The translations under genes and the position numbers were made by a program. A DNA stretch of 16,213 bases, from contig BAAFSQ010000226.1 in NCBI GenBank assembly GCA_054661495.1, positions 1 through 16,213 of the forward strand, in the 5' to 3' direction. Source of the DNA: Zygophlyctis sp. KS116. Its lineage: Eukaryota > Fungi > Chytridiomycota. This document shows, in pieces, positions 1 to 11,426 of this stretch (its first letter is position 1; each line of letters starts with the position of its first letter). Under the pieces are notes generated by a model. It was not told the DNA's origin, did no database searches, and saw only the letters and a list, made by a program, of their open reading frames with translations.

Positions 1-864
1 TCTACGTGTACTGGCATTCGTTTTTCTTTGACTTAGGCAACAATATAGCTTGGTTTCAAAGACTCTTTTTCAACTAATTGCTTAAGGCTCATCGAGGAAG
101 AAGATTTACTTAAGTCAATAAGAAGCCAGGATCCAGTAATTAAATTTAAACAAATTATTGGGGGCGCTGCTTTTTGGGTTGGTTTAAAGGAGATTGTAAA
201 AATACTTTCATTTCCCACTGCAATAATTGGAAAATTTGAAAGTGACAAGAGTGATTTGTTTAGCGTTTATGATTACTTTAAACGCCTTCTTGACACTTGG
301 AATGATATTGAAGGCCTAGACGATGAAATGATTGCCGACTTGAAGAACATAGTATCAGCTAGATGGAATTTCATCCATACTGAATCAATGGGATTCGCTT
401 ATTTACTCTCTACCAAAAGTGTCAATAAGACGTGGGCTAGCAAAGACAAAGTTGAAACAAAGAAACAGTTAAAAAAGTATATCTCTATCTACTACTCAAA
501 TGATGATGATATTAAAAAGTGCAATGCAGAAGTGACTAATTATCTTACTGATATGGGTAATCTATCTGAATGTCTTAAAGAAGAATATTTCTCTTTAACA
601 GGTATCCAATACTGGAGCCAGTATGGAAAGACAGATTATCCACTGCTCTCAAAAATCGCTTTGCGACTCTTTACGATTCCCACATCATCTGCAGCTTCAG
701 AAAGAGTATGGAGCACTTATTCATTTATTCATTCCAAGAGAAGAAATCGCCTGGGCCTTGAAAAAGTTGAGAAACTGGCCTTTATCTATATTAATAATTG
801 TTTGTTGGACACTGATGACTCGATTGATTACATTGCTGACGATGAAAATGAAGAAGAAGATTAA
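1..864 (+). pseudogene. Degenerate hAT-superfamily transposase, 3' part with C-terminal dimerisation domain
   Basis: ORF 256-864 carries the hAT dimerisation signature (YW...YPLLSKIALRLFTIPTSSAASERVWS...HSKRRNRL...VEKLAFIYIN) and an acidic tail. The same frame is open back to 49 (FWVGLKEIVKILSFPTAIIGKFESD) but has TAG stops at 34-36 and 46-48, near where the T-R-W motif is expected. Confidence 0.9.
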
Positions 865-889
865 ATACTAAATAAATAAAATTGAAACC

Positions 890-960
890 CCAACTAACGG
901 CTAACATGTTAGCTAACAGCCGGTAACAGTTAGTTAGTGTGTAGTAAAATTTACTAACAG
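890..960. repeat. Cluster of short CTAAC/GTTAG motifs, probable subterminal repeats of hAT element 1
   Basis: caactaacggctaacatgttagctaacagccggtaacagttagttag lies just after the transposase stop, with the motif in both orientations. No terminal inverted repeat follows. Confidence 0.55.
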
Positions 961-1019
961 CATTTTACGTACACTATTCAAACGAGTGTAGTTCAAGCCC
1001 AGATGATGTCTTTAAAATT

Positions 1020-1295
1020 TTCTTAGATGGAGCTGGTGGTAATTCAAAAAAAAGAAAATCTCTAATGATGATTACATTGATTTGGGTTTCCTCATTCCAA
1101 GGTCTAACTGCGTGCAAAGACTATTTTCTATTGCCAAATATGTATATTCACCTCACAGACAAAGCTTACTTCCAATTAATTTGGAAGGTGTTTTATTTCT
1201 TAAGGTCAATCATTCATTATGGAATATGCGATGCATTGGCTAAAGCTAAAGGGAAGGCAGACCAATCTTTTTCCGAGTCCGAGGAAGATATTTAA
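1020..1295 (+). pseudogene. Second, unrelated hAT transposase C-terminal fragment (frameshifted)
   Basis: A frame not in the ORF track (1067-1243) reads DDYIDLGFLIPRSNCVQRLFSIAKYVYSPHRQSLLPINLEGVLFLKVNHSLW, matching the hAT P-T-S-N-x-V-E-R-L-F-S...R..L.P.NLE..LFLK.N..LW pattern. Frameshifts near 1055 and 1230; an acidic tail (SESEEDI*) ends at 1295. Confidence 0.8.
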
Positions 1296-1425
1296 GATAA
1301 ATATATTTAAGATATATCTTCAGAATGGGATAAAATAATCTATTTCTGTATATTCTTGAGTCTGATAAGTTATTTTATTTTTTATCCGTGTAAAAATATA
1401 TTTAAATATTATTTATCCACCCCTG
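1296..1425 (+). mobile_element. Right end of hAT element 2: GATAA/TTATCC subterminal repeats and terminal inverted repeat ending ...TTATCCACCCCTG
   Basis: The reverse complement begins CAGGGGTGGATAA, a typical hAT terminus. It sits exactly where the gag-like frame on the minus strand is cut off. The partner TIR is not in the window. Confidence 0.65.
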
Positions 1426-1619
1426 GTATCGGTACTTTCAGCATGTTAATAATACCATTCAGAAGCGTCCGAACGAAGATATAGTTTGATCATCCAAAGT
1501 GATTGTGCTTCATCCCATCCGTAATATTCCTGATATTCATTGAATTTGCGAATCCAAGAAGTTGTTGACTTTGAATTTTCATCAAATTTATCTAAAGAAT
1601 CTAATGTAATTTGGGACAT
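1426..1619 (-). pseudogene. gag: Truncated retrotransposon Gag (capsid N-terminal region)
   Basis: MSQITLDSLDKFDENSKSTTSWIRKFNEYQEYYGWDEAQSLWMIKLYLRSDASEWYY* fits the Ty3/gypsy Gag pattern F-x-G...W-I-x-x-F-E...W...L-x-G-x-A-x-x-W. TAA at 1448-1446, then cut by the hAT end at 1425. Confidence 0.75.
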
Positions 1620-1656
1620 TTCTTTCAGTTTTTTGTTGTTTGTTTAGAAATTTGTT

Positions 1657-1674
1657 TGGTGCTGATAACGCCAA
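1657..1674 (-). other. Primer-binding site complementary to the anticodon arm of tRNA-Ile
   Basis: The plus strand reads TGGTGCTGATAACGCCAA, which is the eukaryotic tRNA-Ile(AAU) anticodon arm TGGTGCTAATAACGCCAA (from memory) with G at the wobble position. It abuts the LTR terminal CA. Confidence 0.75.
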
Positions 1675-1940
1675 TGTTATTTGCTTGGTTTACTCTAGCT
1701 CTTATATAATACTTAGCTTCCCTCAATTTACTTTAAGCTCTCCTAACGGATGGAATATGAGACATATATGCTAGCCCATGAAAGCATGCTTCAATATAAC
1801 CTTATTGGACTCTTTATGGAAACGTTTCATCGTGCAATAACATAACGCTAAATTTTGAGCAGCGCGTTGCGGTCCTCGCTGTGAGAGCAACGCCAAATTT
1901 AAATTACAAAGTCGGCCTAGCTTCGAGGCAAGGGCGCACA

Positions 1941-3440
1941 ATGGACTGCAGCAGCTCAAGAAATCCAATAAATACTCTTGGCTCTTTGACAGTAATTACA
2001 AGATATTTAAAATAATAGAAGGCAAGGCCAAATATTCAAACTAGATCAAATCCACAACCTGATTTTTCTCAAGAGTTTCTACAAAATCCTTCTCAATCAG
2101 AAAATTCACATGCTCTTCAACTGCGACCTCAAATCGGACCATGGAAGGCAGAGTTTCTTAATAGTCCAATGAATTCTCTTTCATTGGCTGAAAGACAAAC
2201 TTTTGATTCTGCATTCCAAAAAGTAACTGGAAAAACTTGGAATTCAGAGTTTCTTGGACAAGATTCGGACTGGGAAAATAAATTCAATACGGTTTTGAAT
2301 TCTTTAAATCAAAACAATCAAACTTTAGATTGGGAAGAACAATTCAAAAAGATTACTGCAGAGAATGATTCAATTAATTGGAATGAAAAGTTTCAGGATA
2401 TTTTTGGAAATAATGAACAAACTCAAGGATGGTCAAGTGAATTTATAGATACTCCAAAGATACTGGATCCAGATCCTGTCACTGCTCCTTCAAAAGATTA
2501 TATTTTTGAAGTTGAGAATCCTTTCATGTCATTATCAGATCCTTACTCTCAAGGATTACGGTTGTTGAATGAGGAGGGACAACTTTCTCAGGCTGCTTTA
2601 GCATTTGAAGCGGCAGTTCAAAAAGATCCATCTAATTCTATGGCTTGGTTTCATTTAGGTGTGACTCAAGCAGAAAATGAAAAGGAAAGTCCTGCGATAT
2701 TAGCTTTAGAAAAGAGCGTTAAAGAAGATCCACGAAATGCCCCCGCTTTAATGGTAATAATCTTAAAAATTGAATTAAAGGCACTTGCTGTAAGCTATAC
2801 AAATGAAGGAATGGATTTACAAGCTTACATGTCACTGAAACGGTGGATAAATATTCAATATCCTTCTATAAATACTAAATATAACCCAGATCTTTTAGCG
2901 GAAGTAACGGCTTTATTCTTAGATGCTGCTAGGAACCCAACATTCCATGCTTCAGGTTCTTCACAATCTTTAGATCCAGATGTTCAAACAGGTTTGGGTG
3001 TTTTGTTTTATAATGCTGGTGATTATGATAAAGCTGTAGATTGTTTTAATTCTGCTTTATCAGTAAGACCTCAGGATTATAAGTTATGGAGTCGATTAGG
3101 TGCTACATTGGCTAATTCTGGAAATACAGAAGAAGCTATAGATGCGTACTACAAGGCGTTAAGGATTCGTCCTACATTTGTTCGGGGAAGTATGTTATGA
3201 TAAGTTTAAACTAAAGGGTACAATTTGGGTGTTGGATGTATAAATATTGGGTGTTACAAAGAAGCCGCAGAACACTTTTTGGGTGCTTTGAGTTTGCATG
3301 GACAGGATGAAAAAGCTAATATATCTAATAATCTGTGGGAAACACTCAGGAGAACATTTATTCTCATGGAAAGACATGATCTTTGCGATTTAACTCAGAA
3401 ACGAGACTTCAAATTGTTTCGGAATGAATTTGATTTTTAA
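1941..3440 (+). CDS. PEX5: Peroxisomal PTS1 receptor Pex5, about 472 aa; exons 1941-1991, 2019-2753, 2781-3189, 3217-3440
   Basis: N-terminal Cys motif MDCSSSRNPI; six WxxxF motifs (WKAEF, WNSEF, WENKF, WEEQF, WNEKF, WSSEF); TPR domain with AALAFEAAVQKDP, LGVTQAENEKE, LAVSYTNEG, RLGATLANSG and FVRGRYNLGVGCINIG after removing three 27-nt introns. Confidence 0.96.
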
Positions 3441-3470
3441 AATCATTATCCCTCATCATACTTGAACTCT

Positions 3471-5469
<1,999 letters not shown>

Positions 5470-5924
5470 TTGAATCTTTTCTTTGTAAAAGTAAGTGTTA
5501 TTTGTTGTTTTTATTTAATAAAGTAGGCCGGCCCACCTGATTTCCGTCTTAAAATGGGAAAGTTGTTATGTCATTCATGCCCAAGTTACGTCGTTTCGGA
5601 CATGACTCATTCGCTAGATTTATAATGCCCGCATACTTTTCTAAGCCATTTTCAATAGTTTTATTCTTTTTTAATGAAAATTATTCTTCAGTAGATGTAA
5701 TGCAAGCTTAGAGTGAAGTCGTAACATTGTACAGAAATTAAATTTCGGACAAAAGTAAATTCATAATTTTTTTTCGCTCTTGGAATCATTATCATAATAT
5801 TTTTTATATCTGATGATCCCATAAAATAATACAATCTACAAAAGTTTTTTAGAGAAATAAACGTTTCCGAGAACAATGGCCATGCGCGAACAATGATGAC
5901 AAATCTTTTAAATAAATCAAAGAA

Positions 5925-7798
5925 ATGACAACTTCGATTACTTCTGAATTATCAATGACAACTGTATTGACAGAAATTAAATCAGCAGTATTGTCATCAA
6001 TCGTACAAGCAACAATTACCTCTAGCAGTCTTTTATCTAGTCCAACAGGATCGCATCATACGGATAGCTTAGATGGGATTATAGCAGATCCTAATAATCC
6101 AACTGGGATAGCAGAGGATGAACATCAGATTTTTATATCAGCATTCTTGATGCTAGTATTGATATTGATCGCTCTGAATATAAATAGATATTTGCATTCG
6201 AAAAACTTTCATTATATATCTGAAACAGCTGTTTACATTCTGCTTGGATTTGTTGTTGCTATTGGCTGGACAGCTTTATCGTATGATTCAGAGAACACCT
6301 CAATTCAATTGAATTCAAAGTTCTTTTATCTTGTCCTTTTGCCACCTATTATCTTTGAAGTAAGTAGAATATACTGATCAAATAGGGAGGTTTCAATATC
6401 CAAAAAATATTTTTCTTTCAAAACATTATGCTTATTCTAGCGTATGCATTTATAGGCGCATTATACTCTACGTTTGTAACCTCTGTCCTAATGTATGGAT
6501 TTAGTTTAGCGATTGATGGAGAACTTTCTTTCATTTCTGCGTTAGTGTTTGGATCATTAATTTCATCAACCGATCCTGTTACAGTTCTTGCTTTGCTTCC
6601 TTCAAACGTTGATCGTCGGTTGTATATGATGATTTTTGGAGAATCCGCACTTAATGATGCCGTAGCCATTATTTTATATAGAGTTTTTACCTCTTTAGCT
6701 AGTACTGGATTTGGAGTGGATTCTTTTTTTATATCTGTTCTTGCTAGTGTTGGAGTATTTATTGGATCATTTATTGTTGGAGTCTCAACAGCTCTTTTAT
6801 ATGCTAAAATAACAAAACATATTGATATTTTTGGTTCAGATGGTGCTATTTTTGAAGGTGTAATGTTATTGATATTTGCATACTGCAGTTACATATTGGC
6901 CGAAATTCTCAGATTAACAGGTAACTTAAAATTATCTTAAATTTAGGAATCATTAGCATATTCTTTTGTGGAATTGCCATGGCTCATTATGCTTACAAAA
7001 ACTTGGCAGAAGAAACCACAAGAACTATGAAGGTACTTTAAAACTCTACTCTGACTCAAAGGTTACCCTTCGAATCATGAGCTTTATTTGTGAATGCTTC
7101 ATTTTCTTATATCTCGGACTTGGACTTTTGTCATTTGGAGATAAAGCTGTATATGATACATTATACATATTAGCAGCTTGCTTATCAATTCTTATCTCTC
7201 GAACTCATATTTTTATTATTTCATTTATTGCAAATCTTTTCCCGGCAAATCCTCCTATTCCATTCAAGCATCAAGTCTTGATGTGGTTTTCTGGATTAAG
7301 AGGAGCTGTAGCATTTGCATTAGGAGTTACATTTTTAGAATTGCCAACATTCACAAAATCAACCAAAGGAATCATTTTTGGTACTACAGTAATGGTTGTA
7401 GTCTTGACAGTATTGATTTTAGGATCGTTAACACCATACATGTTGGTATGGTTGGGAATATCAGCCCCTGAAGGAGATCATGAATCACTTAAAGATAACC
7501 CTGAAGATGATGAACCTAATCCTGAATCATATCTGGACAAACCCTTTTTCGGATGGTTGTACAACATTGATGCAACGTAATATTTTTTAAATCCCTTAAA
7601 ATTAGATATATTCGACCCTACTTTACAGATTTACGAAATGATCACTTCTCTCAAGTAATCCGTAAAATTTCCCAAACTCGCAGTTCAGCAGAATTTATTG
7701 CCCTTAAAGAAATCAAGGAAGATCAAATTCATACAAATAGCCCTCTTAAAACTATCAAATCCGAAGATATTCTCTTAGAGGCTGTGAATTTGAACTAA
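5925..7798 (+). CDS. NHX1: CPA1-family Na+/H+ exchanger (NHX1/NHE type), about 587 aa; exons 5925-6359, 6386-6920, 6947-7032, 7062-7576, 7606-7798
   Basis: Motifs FFYLVLLPPIIFEGG, ISSTDPV, IFGESALNDAVAI, LTGIISIFFCGI, GLRGAVAFAL and IDATYIRPYFT are joined by introns of 26, 26, 29 and 29 nt. Confidence 0.92.
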
Positions 7799-7980
7799 TA
7801 AATTTAACCTAGTCTCAATTGAAATTATAAAAACCTAGACTTGACCAAAGAATGATCGACTTTACTGCTTGGGCCTGAGAGCTTAAGCTTGTCAAAAGGA
7901 CCGAGTAAGACGCTTTGAATCTTAAAGCTCACGTGAGAATTCCGTAAGCATGTTGTGTCTAGGTCTAAACCTCCCAAAAA

Positions 7981-8785
7981 ATGACGATTAAAGAAACTGC
8001 AAATTACGTAGCTGGAAAAGTAGATCCATTGATCCCTTCTGTTGCAAAAGTAAGATTCATCCCTTCTTAAATAATAGAATGCAGCTAATTTTGCTGCTGA
8101 CAAGGCATCATCTGCCTATAATTACACTACAAAAACTGTTAACGACACTGTTGACTACGCCACAAAGACGGTCACGGGGACTGTTGACTATGCTACCAAA
8201 ACTGTCACTGGAACTGTCGATTATGCTACTAAAAAAGTATCTGCGACTGTTGGATATGCTAATGAAAAAGTAATGGCTGCTCAGAATTATGCTTCTCAAA
8301 AGGCAAATTCGGCTGTTCAATTCGGGAAATTTGTGGTTAAGGGTGCGACTACAACTGTGACTGCTTACACTCCTGGACCTGTTTTGAATCTTGTCACATC
8401 GACTGTTGATAAGGCAAAGGCTATAGGCTCAGATCCTGTAGGAACTATCAAACCTTGTATTTTTTAGATTTTTTAATCTTTAGATGTTCCTACTTTTGTG
8501 ATTCACGCTGGTGAAAAGACTTATGAAGTTGTTCATCATGTTCAAGATCGCTCTATGCAAAACATTCATGCTACTTCGGGGTATATTGTGACAAAGGTTA
8601 ATGGAACTGTTCAATATGTTACTTCTATTCCTCAAGTAGGTGGACTTATTGACCAATTGGAAAAATTGACTAAACCTGTCTTGAAAAGAATTGGTGTAAG
8701 AAAGACTGACTCTGATGGTGATGAAATTCAGGAAGCTGAAGTTAATGATGAAGGTTCAATGGAAAATGTGGATCCCGACAACTAA
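7981..8785 (+). CDS. 11-mer-repeat amphipathic protein, perilipin/LEA-like, about 249 aa; exons 7981-8049, 8078-8456, 8484-8785
   Basis: The frame is continuous after removing 28- and 27-nt introns and contains eight 11-aa units (YATKTVTGTVD type) and an acidic C-terminus. The gene model is solid; the function is inferred from the repeat periodicity. Confidence 0.7.
8090..8353 (+). repeat. Eight 33-nt (11-aa) coding tandem units
   Basis: An aromatic codon recurs every 33 nt at 8090, 8123, 8156, 8189, 8222, 8255, 8288 and 8321. Confidence 0.85.
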
Positions 8786-8869
8786 ATGTAGAACATAGAG
8801 ACATTTTGGGGAGGATATTAATCATTACTGTCATTGTCTTTTCAAAAAATTATTAAAGATTTTGAGAGA

Positions 8870-9963
8870 CTATAGTCTTGCTATATTTGTTTTTTCAATT
8901 TGAACTGCTTCCTGGTATTCTTTTTCCAATCTTAAAGTCAATTCTTCTACTGTTGGAATATCATGCATGTTTAAAACTCCATGTCCAGCAGACCAAATGT
9001 CCTTCCATGCTTTACCTGCATTTTTGCTTTCTCCAGCATCCAGCTTTGAAAAATCTTCCTTGCCCAAGTTTGTTGGATTGTCCGGATCCATACCAACTTG
9101 AGATAACGAATCACGTAAAAAATTAGCACCAACGCCAGAAAGTTTAGAAGTGTACACTATAGGTGAAAATGTTGGAGGTGGCCCTGTTTTACTGGAAATA
9201 CACATTTCCTAAATGCATTAAAAATTATTTAAAAAAATACCTTGTATTCCTGAGAAGCCATTGATTCCTTTGTAGCAATAAATCTTGTCCCCATGTATGC
9301 AAAATCAGCTCCAAGAGCTTGTGCAGCACGGATTCCTCTCCCATCAGTTATAGAACCCTAAATTGAGATTTTGAGACATACCCCCAAAACTAGAGAACCC
9401 TTGAAATTCAACTCCTTCAATTGCGTCATGAATGCAAAAGGAGATAATAAACCAGCATGTCCACCAGCCTAAATATGTCAAATAAAGCGTACTTACCCCA
9501 GCACAAATTGCGATTAGTCCATCAACCTAAAAATTTAAATTAAAACTGAATTACTCCTGCATCAACCGCTTTTTGCGCGTGATATATATTCGTAACATCA
9601 TGAAAAACCTTTCCTCCATACCCATGAACTGCATCAATGACTGATGAATTTGCACCTAGAGAAGTAATCACTAAAGGAACTTTATATTTTATAATCGCAT
9701 CTAAATTCCCTTTTAATCTTTTATTTGTTTTATGAACAATAAGATTTACACCAAAATCTGAAGAGTTTTCCTGTTTGATTTTACTTAACCAATCCTGTAA
9801 AATTACATCATCTCTTGCATTCAATGCAGGAAATGTCCCAATAAGTCCTATTTTGAGTTTCAGCAATGATACCTTGCTTACAACAAGCTCCTACAAGTTC
9901 CGGACCAGAGACCAGAAACATGGGAGCAACGATAACGGGCAAACGACAGCTAAAATTTTTCAT
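8870..9963 (-). CDS. Nitronate monooxygenase / 2-nitropropane dioxygenase family flavoprotein with C-terminal ARL (PTS1), about 318 aa; exons 9963-9873, 9847-9555, 9526-9497, 9468-9382, 9357-9241, 9208-8870
   Basis: PVIVAPMFLVSGPELV, GTFPALNAR, GVDGLIAICAGAGGHAG, ALGADFAYMGTRFIATKES and KAWKDIWSAGHG. Introns of 25, 28, 28, 24 and 32 nt. Confidence 0.92.
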
Positions 9964-9995
9964 TTTTTGTAAAAATTTCGCGTTTCTCGAGTGAA
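9964..9995. promoter_or_regulatory. 32-bp divergent intergenic region containing TTTCGCGT
   Basis: Lies between the ATG at 9963 (-) and the ATG at 9996 (+). The motif at 9976-9983 resembles SCB/MCB/E2F sites. Function is untested. Confidence 0.45.
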
Positions 9996-10838
9996 ATGAA
10001 AGTCAATGTTCAATTCAAGTCTAAAATTGACTCTTTGACGGCCAATAGTGTCTCTGACCTCTTGGAAATCCTTTCGACCAAATATAAAATACCAGTGTCA
10101 AGACTCAGACTCAAAGATAAATCACGAGTTTTAAAGGAAACGGATGAATTAGTTCCGATTTTGACTGTAAAAGATCTTGGGCCTCAAATCTCGTGGAAAT
10201 TAGTTTTTATTATTGAATATTTCGGACCATTAATGATTCATCCATTGATCTACTACTATTTTCAACCATCTAGTAAACAATCGTTGCTTTTTCTCATTTT
10301 GAATCTGTTACATTTCCTTAAAAGAGAATATGAATCTATAAAAGTACATCGATTTTCTCATTCAACAATGCCATGGACTAATTTACCTAAAAATTGTATG
10401 CATTATTGGATTTTTGGTGGATTTTGCACTGCAGTCTCTGTTTATTCTCCATTTTTTAAACCAATGTGGGTCTTGTCCGAATCTAGTACAGATCTACTTT
10501 TATTATGTTGGTGTTGGGCTCAAGTGAGTAATTTAAAAACTCATATTATTTTACGAGATTTAAGACCGCTAGGATCTAAACTAAGACAAATTCCTTTTGG
10601 ATATGGATTCAACCTAGTGTCATGTCCAAACTACTTTTTTGAAATTATATGTTGGGTTATAGTATCTATATTATCGGGATCTATTTGGGTAATACTATTT
10701 ACTATTTTAGGAGCTTTTCAAATGATATCATGGGCATTAAAGAAGCATGAAGGATATCTAAAGGAATTTCCAGAATATCCGAAATCAAGAACACCAATTT
10801 TCCCATTTCTATCATTTCCAAGATCTAGAATTAAATAG
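9996..10838 (+). CDS. TSC13: Very-long-chain enoyl-CoA reductase (Tsc13/TECR), 280 aa, intronless
   Basis: N-terminal ubiquitin-like part, then VKDLGPQISW, IEYFGP, HFLKREYE..VHRFSHSTMP, KNCMHYW and GYGFNLVSCPNYFFE. Confidence 0.95.
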   Translation: MKVNVQFKSKIDSLTANSVSDLLEILSTKYKIPVSRLRLKDKSRVLKETDELVPILTVKDLGPQISWKLVFIIEYFGPLMIHPLIYYYFQPSSKQSLLFLILNLLHFLKREYESIKVHRFSHSTMPWTNLPKNCMHYWIFGGFCTAVSVYSPFFKPMWVLSESSTDLLLLCWCWAQVSNLKTHIILRDLRPLGSKLRQIPFGYGFNLVSCPNYFFEIICWVIVSILSGSIWVILFTILGAFQMISWALKKHEGYLKEFPEYPKSRTPIFPFLSFPRSRIK

Positions 10839-11148
10839 TAGACTGGGTAGAGAATGTGATACATTGTGGATTTTAAATGATAGTGGGGATTGATTTAGAA
10901 TGGTTGATAGATTTAAAGAGATCAATGATTTTTCTAAATCCATGACTCTGATTATTCCATTTGATCCATTCCAGACTAGTAAATCTATATGATTTGAATT
11001 TAAAATTCCAAAGTTTTCTAAAAGACAGGAATGGATCCCATGTTTGGCCCATTGTATTTCCAAGTCTGACGATCTGTTTTTTAGTAATGCATTGTGCTTA
11101 CGATGATAAGTGAATGTAATTCCACTTTGACTCGAACGATTTTTTCAT
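10812..11148 (-). CDS. POP8: RNase P/MRP subunit of the Pop8/Rpp14/Pop5 family, about 102 aa; exons 11148-11102, 11073-10812
   Basis: Removing a 28-nt intron gives MKKSFESKWNYIHLS...IHSCLLENFGIL...IDLL...GIIRV...SPLSFKIHNVSHSLPSLL. This is colinear with yeast Pop8 motifs as I recall them (W.Y..LS, L...GI, IRV, SPL....S.SL). Confidence 0.75.
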
Positions 11149-11426
11149 TTTTTAATCGTTTTAAAGCGATATAATAATCAAATAATATTGATTTTATATT
11201 TCAATAAGGAGTTTTTGCCTTTATGTTGTCGTTTGTGCATGGTATCAATGATAAGTAAGTTATTTTGATGGATCCATAAATCATTGGATTATATTTGAAA
11301 TATGTAATTATCGCATATTTAATCACGACATATTATTGCTTGCCACATTTACGTAGTACTTATGTCATTCGGACATGGGACAGACCAAAACGTAATTGCT
11401 TTCTCATTTAAATAACAGATAAAAAA

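Larger units (their letters stand above)
1426..1842 (-). mobile_element. 5' remnant of an LTR retrotransposon (probably Ty3/gypsy): LTR 1842-1675, PBS 1674-1657, gag start 1619
   Basis: A 168-bp segment is bounded by the 7-bp inverted termini TGTTATT...AATAACA and has an internal TATATAA. It is followed directly by a tRNA-complementary 18-mer and then a Gag-like ORF. Confidence 0.75.

Noticed and set aside
1065-1295. 76-aa ORF from the track as a real gene
   Set aside because: Mostly an off-frame reading of the frameshifted hAT-2 transposase fragment.
1657-1674. Possible tRNA-Ile gene
   Set aside because: Only the anticodon arm is present, with no D arm, T arm or acceptor stem. Better explained as a PBS.
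5714-5727. GTGAAGTCGTAACA, matching the conserved 3' region of SSU rRNA
   Set aside because: Only 14 nt long, with no flanking rRNA similarity; treated as chance.
5805-5950. Possible C/D snoRNA (TGATGA at 5811 and 5894, CTGA at 5944)
   Set aside because: No terminal stem or recognisable guide, and it overlaps the NHX start.
8090-8353. CRISPR-like periodicity
   Set aside because: These are in-frame 33-nt coding repeats without unique spacers, in a eukaryotic gene.
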